Shown here one piece after another: positions 52,701-64,000 of a stretch of 64,000 nt of DNA. Both the position numbers and the translations under genes were made by a program. Position 1 is the first letter of the stretch. Every line of letters begins with the position of its first letter. Location of the stretch: contig CM082596.2 in assembly GCA_040954595.2 (NCBI GenBank), positions 653,468 through 717,467 of the forward strand, given 5' to 3'. The DNA is from Balanoglossus misakiensis (Eukaryota; Animalia; Hemichordata). The notes below the pieces were generated by a model that saw only the letters and a program-made list of their open reading frames with translations, made no database searches and was not told where the DNA came from.

Positions 52701-53603
52701 ATACAAAGGAACTTTGCGTTCCTGTTTGTTGGCATTTTATTCGGGATTGCGCCAGCATGTGTGAAAAGCAACAGCAAATGTGTTAGGGGTAAGCTTGCAA
52801 TAACGCATGAGGGCGCGCTGCTCGGTATTTTTTGTAATATCACATAAGAGCAGATATACCCATGTTTATATGAATAAATAAGGCTCATAAATTATAACAA
52901 TTCAATAGATATGTTTATTCGCACTCATCTGATTAATATTTCACAATATTGTTTCTCATTTACATGAAAGATATATGCCTTTTCCCCTTTAAGTAATAAT
53001 GAACAGTCGTGAGGGTATTTCCCCCACGATTATGATTCACTCGCAGAACTATAGCTTAAATAAATATTTTATTTGGACAGTTTGAATTACAAATTATCAT
53101 TATTCCTTGTCACGCATCGAGACGTTGGGGGTCATGTAATGCTGACTTGTAAATTCAATTTTAATGCAAATAATAGAATAACACATTTTTCATTTTCTTA
53201 AACGAATTTGGCACTTGCTACTGTTATTCGTTTTTTTCTCTGTCCTCTTGTTGGTGTCATATCGCTCAAGTCATTGTACCATGACTGCACTAATAATAAT
53301 TTTCTGGCAAATTTTGGGCAGTGCGGAGTTTCACCACTATATCCTAAAGTAAATTTCATAATGTTATATTTAAATCCATGTCACATCTTGTTTTGTACAT
53401 TGAATTTTCTTCTAAATGAAATCGTTTGAAAATATTACAATTCTAGAACCGGTGTAGGTGTTAATATGCTTTCGAATCACACACAGCTGATTACAAAAAA
53501 GTCTTCTTACAGAAATCACTCGTCGTCCCGTTTGAACATGCTCCATCCGTAGATGTTGTCTTGTTTTCCTCTCTTTCCAAACGCCAAGCGGAATCCATAG
53601 AAC

Positions 53604-56600
53604 TCGACTTTGCGGATTTTCGAAATTTGGTCATTTTTTGAAAAAATCATGGGTTATAGCTCAGGAAAATCGTCAAAAATCGAGGATTTTTCGACTTTGC
53701 GGATTTTCGAAATTTGGTCATTTTTTGAAAAAATCATGGGTTATAGCTCAGGAAAATCGTCAAAAATCGAGGATTTTTCGACGTTGCGGATTTTCGAAAT
53801 TTGGTCATTTTTTGAAAAAATCATGGGTTATAGCTCAGGAAAATCGTCAAAAATCGAGGATTTTTCGACTTTGCGGATTTTCGAAATTTGGTCATTTTTT
53901 GAAAAAATCATGGGTTATAGCTCAGGAAAATCGTCAAAAATCGAGGATTTTTCGACTTTGGGGTTTTTCGAAATTTGGTCATTTTTTGAAAAAATCATGG
54001 GTTATAGCTCAGGAAAATCGTCAAAAATCGAGGATTTTTCGACTTTGGGGATTTTCGAAATTTGGTGATTTTTTGAAAAAATCATGGGTTATAGCTCAGG
54101 AAAATCGTCAAAAATCGAGGATTTTTCGACTTTGGGGATTTTCGAAATTTGGTGATTTTTTGAAAAAATCATGGGTTATAGCTCAGGAAAATCGTCAAAA
54201 ATCGAGGATTTTTCGACTTTGGGGATTTTCGAAATTTGGTGATTTTTTGAAAAAATCATGGGTTATAGCTCAGGAAAATCGTCAAAAATCGAGGATTTTT
54301 CGACTTTGGGGATTTTCGAAATTTGGTGATTTTTTGAAAAAATCATGGGTTATAGCTCAGGAAAATCGTCAAAAATCGAGGATTTTTCGACTTTGGGGAT
54401 TTTCGAAATTTGGTGATTTTTTGAAAAAATCATGGGTTATAGCTCAGGAAAATCGTCAAAAATCGAGGATTTTTCGACTTTGGGGATTTTCGAAATTTGG
54501 TGATTTTTTGAAAAAATCATGGGTTATAGCTCAGGAAAATCGTCAAAAATCGAGGATTTTTCGACTTTGGGGATTTTCGAAATTTGGTGATCTTTTGAAA
54601 AAGTCATGGGTTATAGCTCAGGAAAATCGTCAAAAATCGAGGATTTTTCGACTTTGGGGATTTTCGAAATTTGGTGATCTTTTGAAAAAGTCATGGGTTA
54701 TAGCTCAGGAAAATCGTCAAAAATCGAGGATTTTTCGACTTTGGGGATTTTCGAAATTTGGTGATTTTTTTGAAAAAATCATGGGTTATAGCTCAGGAAA
54801 ATCGTCAAAAATCGAGGATTTTTCGACTTTGGGGATTTTCGAAATTTGGTGATTTTTTTGAAAAAGTCATGGGTTATAGCTCAGGAAAATCGTCAAAAAT
54901 CGATGATTTTTCGACTTTGGGGATTTTCGAAATTTGGTGATTTTTTGAAAAAGTCATGGGTTATAGCTCAGGAAAATCGTCAAAAATCGAGGATTTTTCG
55001 ACTTTGGGGATTTTCGAAATTTGGTGATTTTTGTGAAAAAATCATGGGTTATAGCTCAGGAAAATCGTCAAAAATCGAGGATTTTTCGACTTTGGGGATT
55101 TTCGAAATTTGGTGATTTTTGTGAAAAAATCATGGGTTATAGCTCAGGAAAATCGTCAAAAATCGATGATTTTTCGACTTTGGGGATTTTCGAAATTTGG
55201 TGATTTTTTGAAAAAATCATGGGTTATAGCTCAGGAAAATCGTCAAAAATCGATGATTTTTCGACTTTGGGGATTTTCGAAATTTGGTGATTTTTTGAAA
55301 AAATCATGGGTTATAGCTCAGGAAAATCGTCAAAAATCGATGATTTTTCGACTTTGGGGATTTTCGAAATTTGGTGATTTTTTGAAAAAATCATGGGTTA
55401 TAGCTCAGGAAAATCGTCAAAAATCGATGATTTTTCGACTTTGGGGATTTTCGAAATTTGGTGATTTTTTGGAAAAAATCATGGGTTATAGCTCAGGAAA
55501 ATCGTCAAAAATCGATGATTTTTCGACTTTGGGGATTTTCGAAATTTGGTGATTTTTTGGAAAAAATCATGGGTTATAGCTCAGGAAAATCGTCAAAAAT
55601 CGATGATTTTTCGACTTTGGGGATTTTCGAAATTTGGTGATTTTTTGAAAAAATCATGGGTTATAGCTCAGGAAAATCGTCAAAAATCGATGATTTTTCG
55701 ACTTTGGGGATTTTCGAAATTTGGTGATTTTTTGAAAAAATCATGGGTTATAGCTCAGGAAAATCGTCAAAAATCGATGATTTTTCGACTTTGGGGATTT
55801 TCGAAATTTGGTGATTTTTTGGAAAAAATCATGGGTTATAGCTCAGGAAAATCGTCAAAAATCGATGATTTTTCGACTTTGGGGATTTTCGAAATTTGGT
55901 GATTTTTTGAAAAAATCATGGGTTATAGCTCAGGAAAATCGTCAAAAATCGATGATTTTTCGACTTTGGGGATTTTCGAAATTTGGTGATTTTTTGAAAA
56001 AATCATGGGTTATAGCTCAGGAAAATCGTCAAAAATCGATGATTTTTCGACTTTGGGGATTTTCGAAATTTGGTGATTTTTTGAAAAAATCATGGGTTAT
56101 AGCTCAGGAAAATCGTCAAAAATCGATGATTTTTCGACTTTGGGGATTTTCGAAATTTGGTGATTTTTTGGAAAAAATCATGGGTTATAGCTCAGGAAAA
56201 TCGTCAAAAATCGATGATTTTTCGACTTTGGGGATTTTCGAAATTTGGTGATTTTTTGGAAAAAATCATGGGTTATAGCTCAGGAAAATCGTCAAAAATC
56301 GATGATTTTTCGACTTTGGGGATTTTCGAAATTTGGTGATTTTTTGAAAAAATCATGGGTTATAGCTCAGGAAAATCGTCAAAAATCGATGATTTTTCGA
56401 CTTTGGGGATTTTCGAAATTTGGTGATTTTTTTGAAAAAATCATGGGTTATAGCTCAGGAAAATCGTCAAAAATCGATGATTTTTCGACTTTGGGGATTT
56501 TCGAAATTTGGTGATTTTTTTGAAAAAATCATGGGTTATAGCTCAGGAAAATCGTCAAAAATCGATGATTTTTCGACTTTGGGGATTTTCGAAATTTGGT

Positions 56601-59600
56601 GATTTTTTTGAAAAAATCATGGGTTATAGCTCAGGAAAATCGTCAAAAATCGATGATTTTTCGACTTTGGGGATTTTCGAAATTTGGTGATTTTTTTGAA
56701 AAAATCATGGGTTATAGCTCAGGAAAATCGTCAAAAATCGATGATTTTTCGACTTTGGGGATTTTCGAAATTTGGTGATTTTTTTGAAAAAATCATGGGT
56801 TATAGCTCAGGAAAATCGTCAAAAATCGATGATTTTTCGACTTTGGGGATTTTCGAAATTTGGTGATTTTTTTGAAAAAATCATGGGTTATAGCTCAGGA
56901 AAATCGTCAAAAATCGATGATTTTTCGACTTTGGGGATTTTCGAAATTTGGTGATTTTTTTGAAAAAATCATGGGTTATAGCTCAGGAAAATCGTCAAAA
57001 ATCGATGATTTTTCGACTTTGGGGATTTTCGAAATTTGGTGATTTTTTTGAAAAAATCATGGGTTATAGCTCAGGAAAATCGTCAAAAATCGATGATTTT
57101 TCGACTTTGGGGATTTTCGAAATTTGGTGATTTTTTTGAAAAAGTCATGGGTTATAGCTCAGGAAAATCGTCAAAAATCGATGATTTTTCGACTTTGGGG
57201 ATTTTCGAAATTTGGTGATTTTTTGAAAAAGTCATGGGTTATAGCTCAGGAAAATCGTCAAAAATCGATGATTTTTCGACTTTGGGGATTTTCGAAATTT
57301 GGTGATTTTTTGAAAAAGTCATGGGTTATAGCTCAGGAAAATCGTCAAAAATCGATGATTTTTCGACTTTGGGGATTTTCGAAATTTGGTGATTTTTTGA
57401 AAAAGTCATGGGTTATAGCTCAGGAAAATCGTCAAAAATCGATGATTTTTCGACTTTGGGGATTTTCGAAATTTGGTGATTTTTTGGAAAAAATCATGGG
57501 TTATAGCTCAGGAAAATCGTCAAAAATCGATGATTTTTCGACTTTTGGGGATTTTCGAAATTTGGTGATTTTTTGGAAAAAATCATGGGTTATAGCTCAG
57601 GAAAATCGTCAAAAATCGATGATTTTTCGACTTTGGGGATTTTCGAAATTTGGTGATTTTTTGAAAAAATCATGGGTTATAGCTCAGGAAAATCGTCAAA
57701 AATCGATGATTTTTCGACTTTGGGGATTTTCGAAATTTGGTGATTTTTTTGAAAAAATCATGGGTTATAGCTCAGGAAAATCGTCAAAAATCGATGATTT
57801 TTCGACTTTGGGGATTTTCGAAATTTGGTGATTTTTTTGAAAAAATCATGGGTTATAGCTCAGGAAAATCGTCAAAATCGATGATTTTTCGACTTTGGGG
57901 ATTTTCGAAATTTGGTGATTTTTTTGAAAAAATCATGGGTTATAGCTCAGGAAAATCGTCAAAAATCGATGATTTTTCGACTTTGGGGATTTTCGAAATT
58001 TGGTGATTTTTTTGAAAAAATCATGGGTTATAGCTCAGGAAAATCGTCAAAAATCGATGATTTTTCGACTTTGGGGATTTTCGAAATTTGGTGATTTTTT
58101 TGAAAAAATCATGGGTTATAGCTCAGGAAAATCGTCAAAAATCGAGGATTTTTCGACTTTGGGGATTTTCGAAATTTGGTGATTTTTTTGAAAAAATCAT
58201 GGGTTACAGCTCAGGAAAATCGTCAAAAATCGAGGATTTTTCGACTTTGGGGATTTCGAAATTTGGTGATTTTTTTGAAAAAATCATGGGTTACAGCTCA
58301 GGAAAATCGTCAAAAATCGAGGATTTTTCGACTTTGGGGATTTTCGAAATTTGGTGATTTTTTTGAAAAAATCATGGGTTACAGCTCAGGAAAATCGTCA
58401 AAAATCGAGGATTTTTCGACTTTGGGGATTTTCGAAATTTGGTGATTTTTTTGAAAAATCATGGGTTACAGCTCAGGAAAATCGTCAAAAATCGAGGGAT
58501 TTTTCGACTTTGGGGATTTTCGAAATTTGGTGATTTTTTTGAAAAAATCATGGGTTACAGCTCAGGAAAATCGTCAAAAATCGAGGATTTTTCGACTTTG
58601 GGGATTTTCGAAATTTGGTGATTTTTTTGAAAAATCATGGGTTACAGCTCCAGGAAAATCGTCAAAAATCGAGGATTTTTCGACTTTGGGGATTTTCGAA
58701 ATTTGGTGATTTTTTTGAAAAAATCATGGGTTACAGCTCAGGAAAATCGTCAAAAATCGAGGATTTTTCGACTTTGGGGATTTTCGAAATTTGGTGATTT
58801 TTTTGAAAAAATCATGGGTTACAGCTCAGGAAAATCGTCAAAAATCGAGGATTTTTCGACTTTGGGGATTTTCGAAATTTGGTGATTTTTTTGAAAAAAT
58901 CATGGGTTACAGCTCAGGAAAATCGTCAAAAATCGAGGATTTTTCGACTTTGGGGATTTTCGAAATTTGGTGATTTTTTGAAAAAATCATGGGTTACAGC
59001 TCAGGAAAATCGTCAAAAATCGAGGATTTTTCGACTTTGGGGATTTTCGAAATTTGGTGATTTTTTGAAAAAAATCATGGGTTACAGCTCAGGAAAATCG
59101 TCAAAAATCGAGGATTTTTCGACTTTGGGGATTTTCGAAATTTGGTGATTTTTTTGAAAAAATCATGGGTTACAGCTCAGGAAAATCGTCAAAAATCGAG
59201 GATTTTTCGACTTTGGGGATTTTCGAAATTTGGTGATTTTTTTGAAAAATCATGGGTTACAGCTCAGGAAAATCGTCAAAAATCGAGGATTTTTCGACTT
59301 TGGGGATTTTCGAAATTTGGTGATTTTTTGAAAAAATCATGGGTTACAGCTCAGGAAAATCGTCAAAAATCGAGGATTTTTCGACTTTGGGGATTTTCGG
59401 AAATTTGGTGATTTTTTTGAAAAAATCATGGGTTACAGCTCAGGAAAATCGTCAAAAATCGAGGATTTTCGACTTTGGGGATTTTCGAAATTTGGTGATT
59501 TTTTTGAAAAAATCATGGGTTACAGCTCAGGAAAATCGTCAAAAATCGAGGATTTTTCGACTTTGGGGATTTTCGAAATTTGGTGATTTTTTGAAAAAAT

Positions 59601-62600
59601 CATGGGTTACAGCTCAGGAAATCGTCAAAAATCGAGGATTTTTCGACTTTGGGGATTTTCGAAATTTGGTGATTTTTTTGAAAAAATCATGGGTTACAGC
59701 TCAGGAAAATCGTCAAAAATCGATGATTTTTCGACTTTGGGGATTTTCGAAATTTGGTGATTTTTTTGAAAAAATCATGGGTTACAGCTCAGGAAAATCG
59801 TCAAAAATCGAGGATTTTTCGACTTTGGGGATTTTCGAAATTTGGTGATTTTTTTGAAAAAATCATGGGTTACAGCTCAGGAAAATCGTCAAAAATCGAT
59901 GATTTTTCGACTTTGGGGATTTTCGAAATTTGGTGATTTTTTTGAAAAAATCATGGGTTACAGCTCAGGAAAATCGTCAAAATCGATGATTTTTCGACTT
60001 TGGGGATTTTCGAAATTTGGTGATTTTTTTGAAAAAATCATGGGTTACAGCTCAGGAAAATCGTCAAAAATCGATGATTTTTCGACTTTGGGGATTTTCG
60101 AAATTTGGTGATTTTTTTGAAAAAATCATGGGTTACAGCTCAGGAAAATCGTCAAAAATCGATGATTTTTCGACTTTGGGGATTTTCGAAATTTGGTGAT
60201 TTTTTTGAAAAAATCATGGGTTACAGCTCAGGAAAATCGTCAAAAATCGATGATTTTTCGACTTTGGGGATTTTCGAAATTTGGTGATTTTTTTGAAAAA
60301 ATCATGGGTTACAGCTCAGGAAAATCGTCAAAAAATCGATGATTTTTCGACTTTGGGGATTTTCGAAATTTGGTGATTTTTTTGAAAAAATCATGGGTTA
60401 CAGCTCAGGAAAATCGTCAAAAATCGATGATTTTTCGACTTTGGGGATTTTCGAAATTTGGTGATTTTTTTGAAAAAATCATGGGTTACAGCTCAGGAAA
60501 ATCGTCAAAAATCGATGATTTTTCGACTTTGGGGATTTTCGAAATTTGGTGATTTTTTTGAAAAAATCATGGGTTACAGCTCAGGAAAATCGTCAAAAAT
60601 CGATGATTTTTCGACTTTGGGGATTTTCGAAATTTGGTGATTTTTTTGAAAAAATCATGGGTTACAGCTCAGGAAAATCGTCAAAATCGATGATTTTCGA
60701 CTTTGGGGATTTTCGAAATTTGGTGATTTTTTGAAAAAATCATGGGTTACAGCTCAGGAAAATCGTCAAAAATCGATGATTTTTCGACTTTGGGGATTTT
60801 CGAAATTTGGTGATTTTTTTGAAAAAATCATGGGTTACAGCTCAGGAAAATCGTCAAAAATCGATGATTTTTCGACTTTGGGGATTTTCGAAATTTGGTG
60901 ATTTTTTTGAAAAATCATGGGTTACAGCTCAGGAAAATCGTCAAAAATCGATGATTTTTCGACTTTGGGGATTTTCGAAATTTGGTGATTTTTTTGAAAA
61001 AATCATGGGTTACAGCTCAGGAAAATCGTCAAAAATCGATGATTTTTCGACTTTGGGGATTTTCGAAATTTGGTGATTTTTTTGAAAAAATCATGGGTTA
61101 TAGCTCAGGAAAATCGTCAAAAATCGATGATTTTTCGACTTTGGGGATTTTCGAAATTTGGTGATTTTTTTGAAAAAATCATGGGTTATAGCTCAGGAAA
61201 ATCGTCAAAAATCGATGATTTTTCGACTTTGGGGATTTTCGAAATTTGGTGATTTTTTTGAAAAAATCATGGGTTATAGCTCAGGAAAATCGTCAAAAAA
61301 TCGATGATTTTTCGACTTTGGGGATTTTCGAAATTTGGTGATTTTTTTGTAAAAAATCATGGGTTATAGCTCAGGAAAATCGTCAAAAATCGATGATTTT
61401 TCGACTTTGGGGATTTTCGAAATTTGGTGATTTTTTTGAAAAAATCATGGGTTATAGCTCAGGAAAATCGTCAAAAATCGATGATTTTTCGACTTTGGGG
61501 ATTTTCGAAATTTGGTGATTTTTTTGAAAAAATCATGGGTTATAGCTCAGGAAAATCGTCAAAAATCGATGATTTTTCGACTTTGGGGATTTTCGAAATT
61601 TGGTGATTTTTTTGAAAAAATCATGGGTTATAGCTCAGGAAAATCGTCAAAAATCGATGATTTTTCGACTTTGGGGATTTTCGAAATTTGGTGATTTTTT
61701 TGTAAAAATCATGGGTTATAGCTCAGGAAAATCGTCAAAAATCGATGATTTTTCGACTTTGGGATTTTCGAAATTTGGTGATTTTTTTGAAAAAATCATG
61801 GGTTATAGCTCAGGAAAATCGTCAAAAATCGATGATTTTTCGACTTTGGGGATTTTCGAAATTTGGTGATTTTTTTGTAAAAATCATGGGTTATAGCTCA
61901 GGAAAATCGTCAAAAATCGATGATTTTTCGACTTTGGGGATTTTCGAAATTTGGTGATTTTTTTGAAAAATCATGGGTTATAGCTCAGGAAAATCGTCAA
62001 AAATCGATGATTTTTCGACTTTGGGGATTTTCGAAATTTGGTGATTTTTTTGAAAAAATCATGGGTTATAGCTCAGGAAAAATCGTCAAAAATCGATGAT
62101 TTTTCGACTTTGGGGATTTTCGAAATTTGGTGATTTTTTTGAAAAAATCATGGGTTATAGCTCAGGAAAATCGTCAAAAATCGATGATTTTTCGACTTTG
62201 GGGATTTTCGAAATTTGGTGATTTTTTTGAAAAAAATCATGGGTTATAGCTCAGGAAAATCGTCAAAAATCGATGATTTTTCGACTTTGGGGATTTTCGA
62301 AATTTGGTGATTTTTTTGAAAAATCATGGGTTATAGCTCAGGAAAATCGTCAAAAATCGATGATTTTTCGACTTTGGGGATTTTCGAAATTTGGTGATTT
62401 TTTTGAAAAATCATGGGTTATAGCTCAGGAAAATCGTCAAAAATCGATGATTTTTCGACTTTGGGGATTTTCGAAATTTGGTGATTTTTTTGAAAAAATC
62501 ATGGGTTATAGCTCAGGAAAATCGTCAAAAATCGATGATTTTTCGACTTTGGGGATTTTCGAAATTTGGTGATTTTTTTGAAAAATCATGGGTTATAGCT

Positions 62601-64000
62601 CAGGAAAATCGTCAAAAATCGATGATTTTTCGACTTTGGGATTTTCGAAATTTGGTGATTTTTTTGAAAAAATCATGGGTTATAGCTCAGGAAAATCGTC
62701 AAAAAGTCGATGATTTTTCGACTTTGGGGATTTTCGAAATTTGGTGATTTTTTTGAAAAAATCATGGGTTATAGCTCAGGAAAATCGTCAAAAATCGATG
62801 ATTTTTCGACTTTGGGGATTTTCGAAATTTGGTGATTTTTTGAAAAAATCATGGGTTATAGCTCAGGAAAATCGTCAAAAATCGATGATTTTTCGACTTT
62901 GGGGATTTTCGAAATTTGGTGATTTTTTTGAAAAAATCATGGGTTATAGCTCAGGAAAATCGTCAAAAATCGATGATTTTTCGACTTTGGGGATTTTCGA
63001 AATTTGGTGATTTTTTGAAAAAATCATGGGTTATAGCTCAGGAAAATCGTCAAAAATCGATGATTTTTCGACTTTGGGGATTTTCGAAATTTGGTGATTT
63101 TTTTGAAAAAATCATGGGTTATAGCTCAGGAAAATCGTCAAAAATCGATGATTTTTCGACTTTGGGGATTTTCGAAATTTGGTGATTTTTTTGAAAAAAT
63201 CATGGGTTATAGCTCAGGAAAATCGTCAAAAATCGATGATTTTTCGACTTTGGGGATTTTCGAAATTTGGTGATTTTTTTGAAAAAATCATGGGTTATAG
63301 CTCAGGAAAATCGTCAAAAATCGATGATTTTTCGACTTTGGGGATTTTCGAAATTTGGTGATTTTTTTGAAAAATCATGGGTTATAGCTCAGGAAAATCG
63401 TCAAAAATCGATGATTTTTCGACTTTGGGGATTTTCGAAATTTGGTGATTTTTTTGGCAAAAATCGATGATTTTTCGACTTTGGGGATTTTCGAAATTTG
63501 GTGATTTTTTTGAAAAAATCATGGGTTATAGCTCAGGAAAATCGTCAAAAATCGATGATTTTTCGACTTTGGGGATTTTCGAAATTTGGTGATTTTTGTG
63601 AAAAAATCATGGGTTATAGCTCAGGAAAATCGTCAAAAATCGATGATTTTTCGACTTTGGGGATTTTCGAAATTTGGTGATTTTTGTGAAAAAATCATGG
63701 GTTATAGCTCAGGAAAATCGTCAAAAATCGATGATTTTTCGACTTTGGGGATTTTCGAAATTTGGTGATTTTTTGAAAAAGTCATGGGTTATAGCTCAGG
63801 AAAATCGTCAAAAATCGATGATTTTTCGACTTTGGGGATTTTCGAAATTTGGTGATTTTTGTGAAAAAGTCATGGGTTATAGCTCAGGAAAATCGTCAAA
63901 AATCGATGATTTTTCGACTTTGGGGATTTTCGAAATTTGGTGAATTTTTTTGAAAAAGTCATGGGTTATAGCTCAGGAAAATCGTCAAAAATCGATGATT
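53604..64000 (+). repeat. 87/88-bp satellite DNA array, about 118 copies, running off the window end
   Basis: Unit TCGACTTTGGGGATTTTCGAAATTTGGTGATTTTTT(T)GAAAAAATCATGGGTTA(T/C)AGCTCAGGAAAATCGTCAAAAATCGA(T/G)GATTTT, highly homogeneous. Confidence 0.98.

Noticed and set aside
39000-53500. Scattered 60-130 aa ORFs
   Set aside because: No domain motifs, mostly non-ATG starts and no coherent exon chain; consistent with random ORFs in intronic or intergenic DNA.
53610-63943. Dozens of repetitive ORFs (KKSWVIAQENRQKS..., up to 404 aa)
   Set aside because: They are artefacts of translating an 87-bp (29-codon) satellite; frames break wherever the unit is 88 bp.
53604-64000. CRISPR-like array
   Set aside because: The units are contiguous near-identical monomers with no unique spacers, there are no cas genes, and the context is eukaryotic.

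Overview
This is AT-rich, intron-containing animal genomic DNA. It is probably from an invertebrate deuterostome (hemichordate or echinoderm), inferred from the CCK-type peptide motif. From left to right: (1) four divergent rhodopsin-like orphan GPCR genes with intronless coding regions (1.3-10.2 kb); (2) an 8-exon secreted carboxyl/cholinesterase-family gene (11.4-14.8 kb); (3) a DEG/ENaC ion-channel gene of about 34 coding exons (to 31010); (4) a multi-copy gastrin/CCK/sulfakinin-type neuropeptide precursor (35743-36624, minus strand), with a candidate non-coding first exon, TATA box and CRE sites about 9.3 kb upstream; (5) small tandem repeats and Helitron-like termini; and (6) an 87/88-bp satellite array from about 53.6 kb to the window end. 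The main finding is the channel: its extracellular finger region carries an in-frame insert of about 1,150 aa made of 14 LDLa-type, 4 PAN/apple and 3 kringle modules, all on phase 1-1 exons. All exon models were spliced by eye from GT/AG (one GC/AG) sites and reading-frame continuity. No database searches were run, so novelty is untested.
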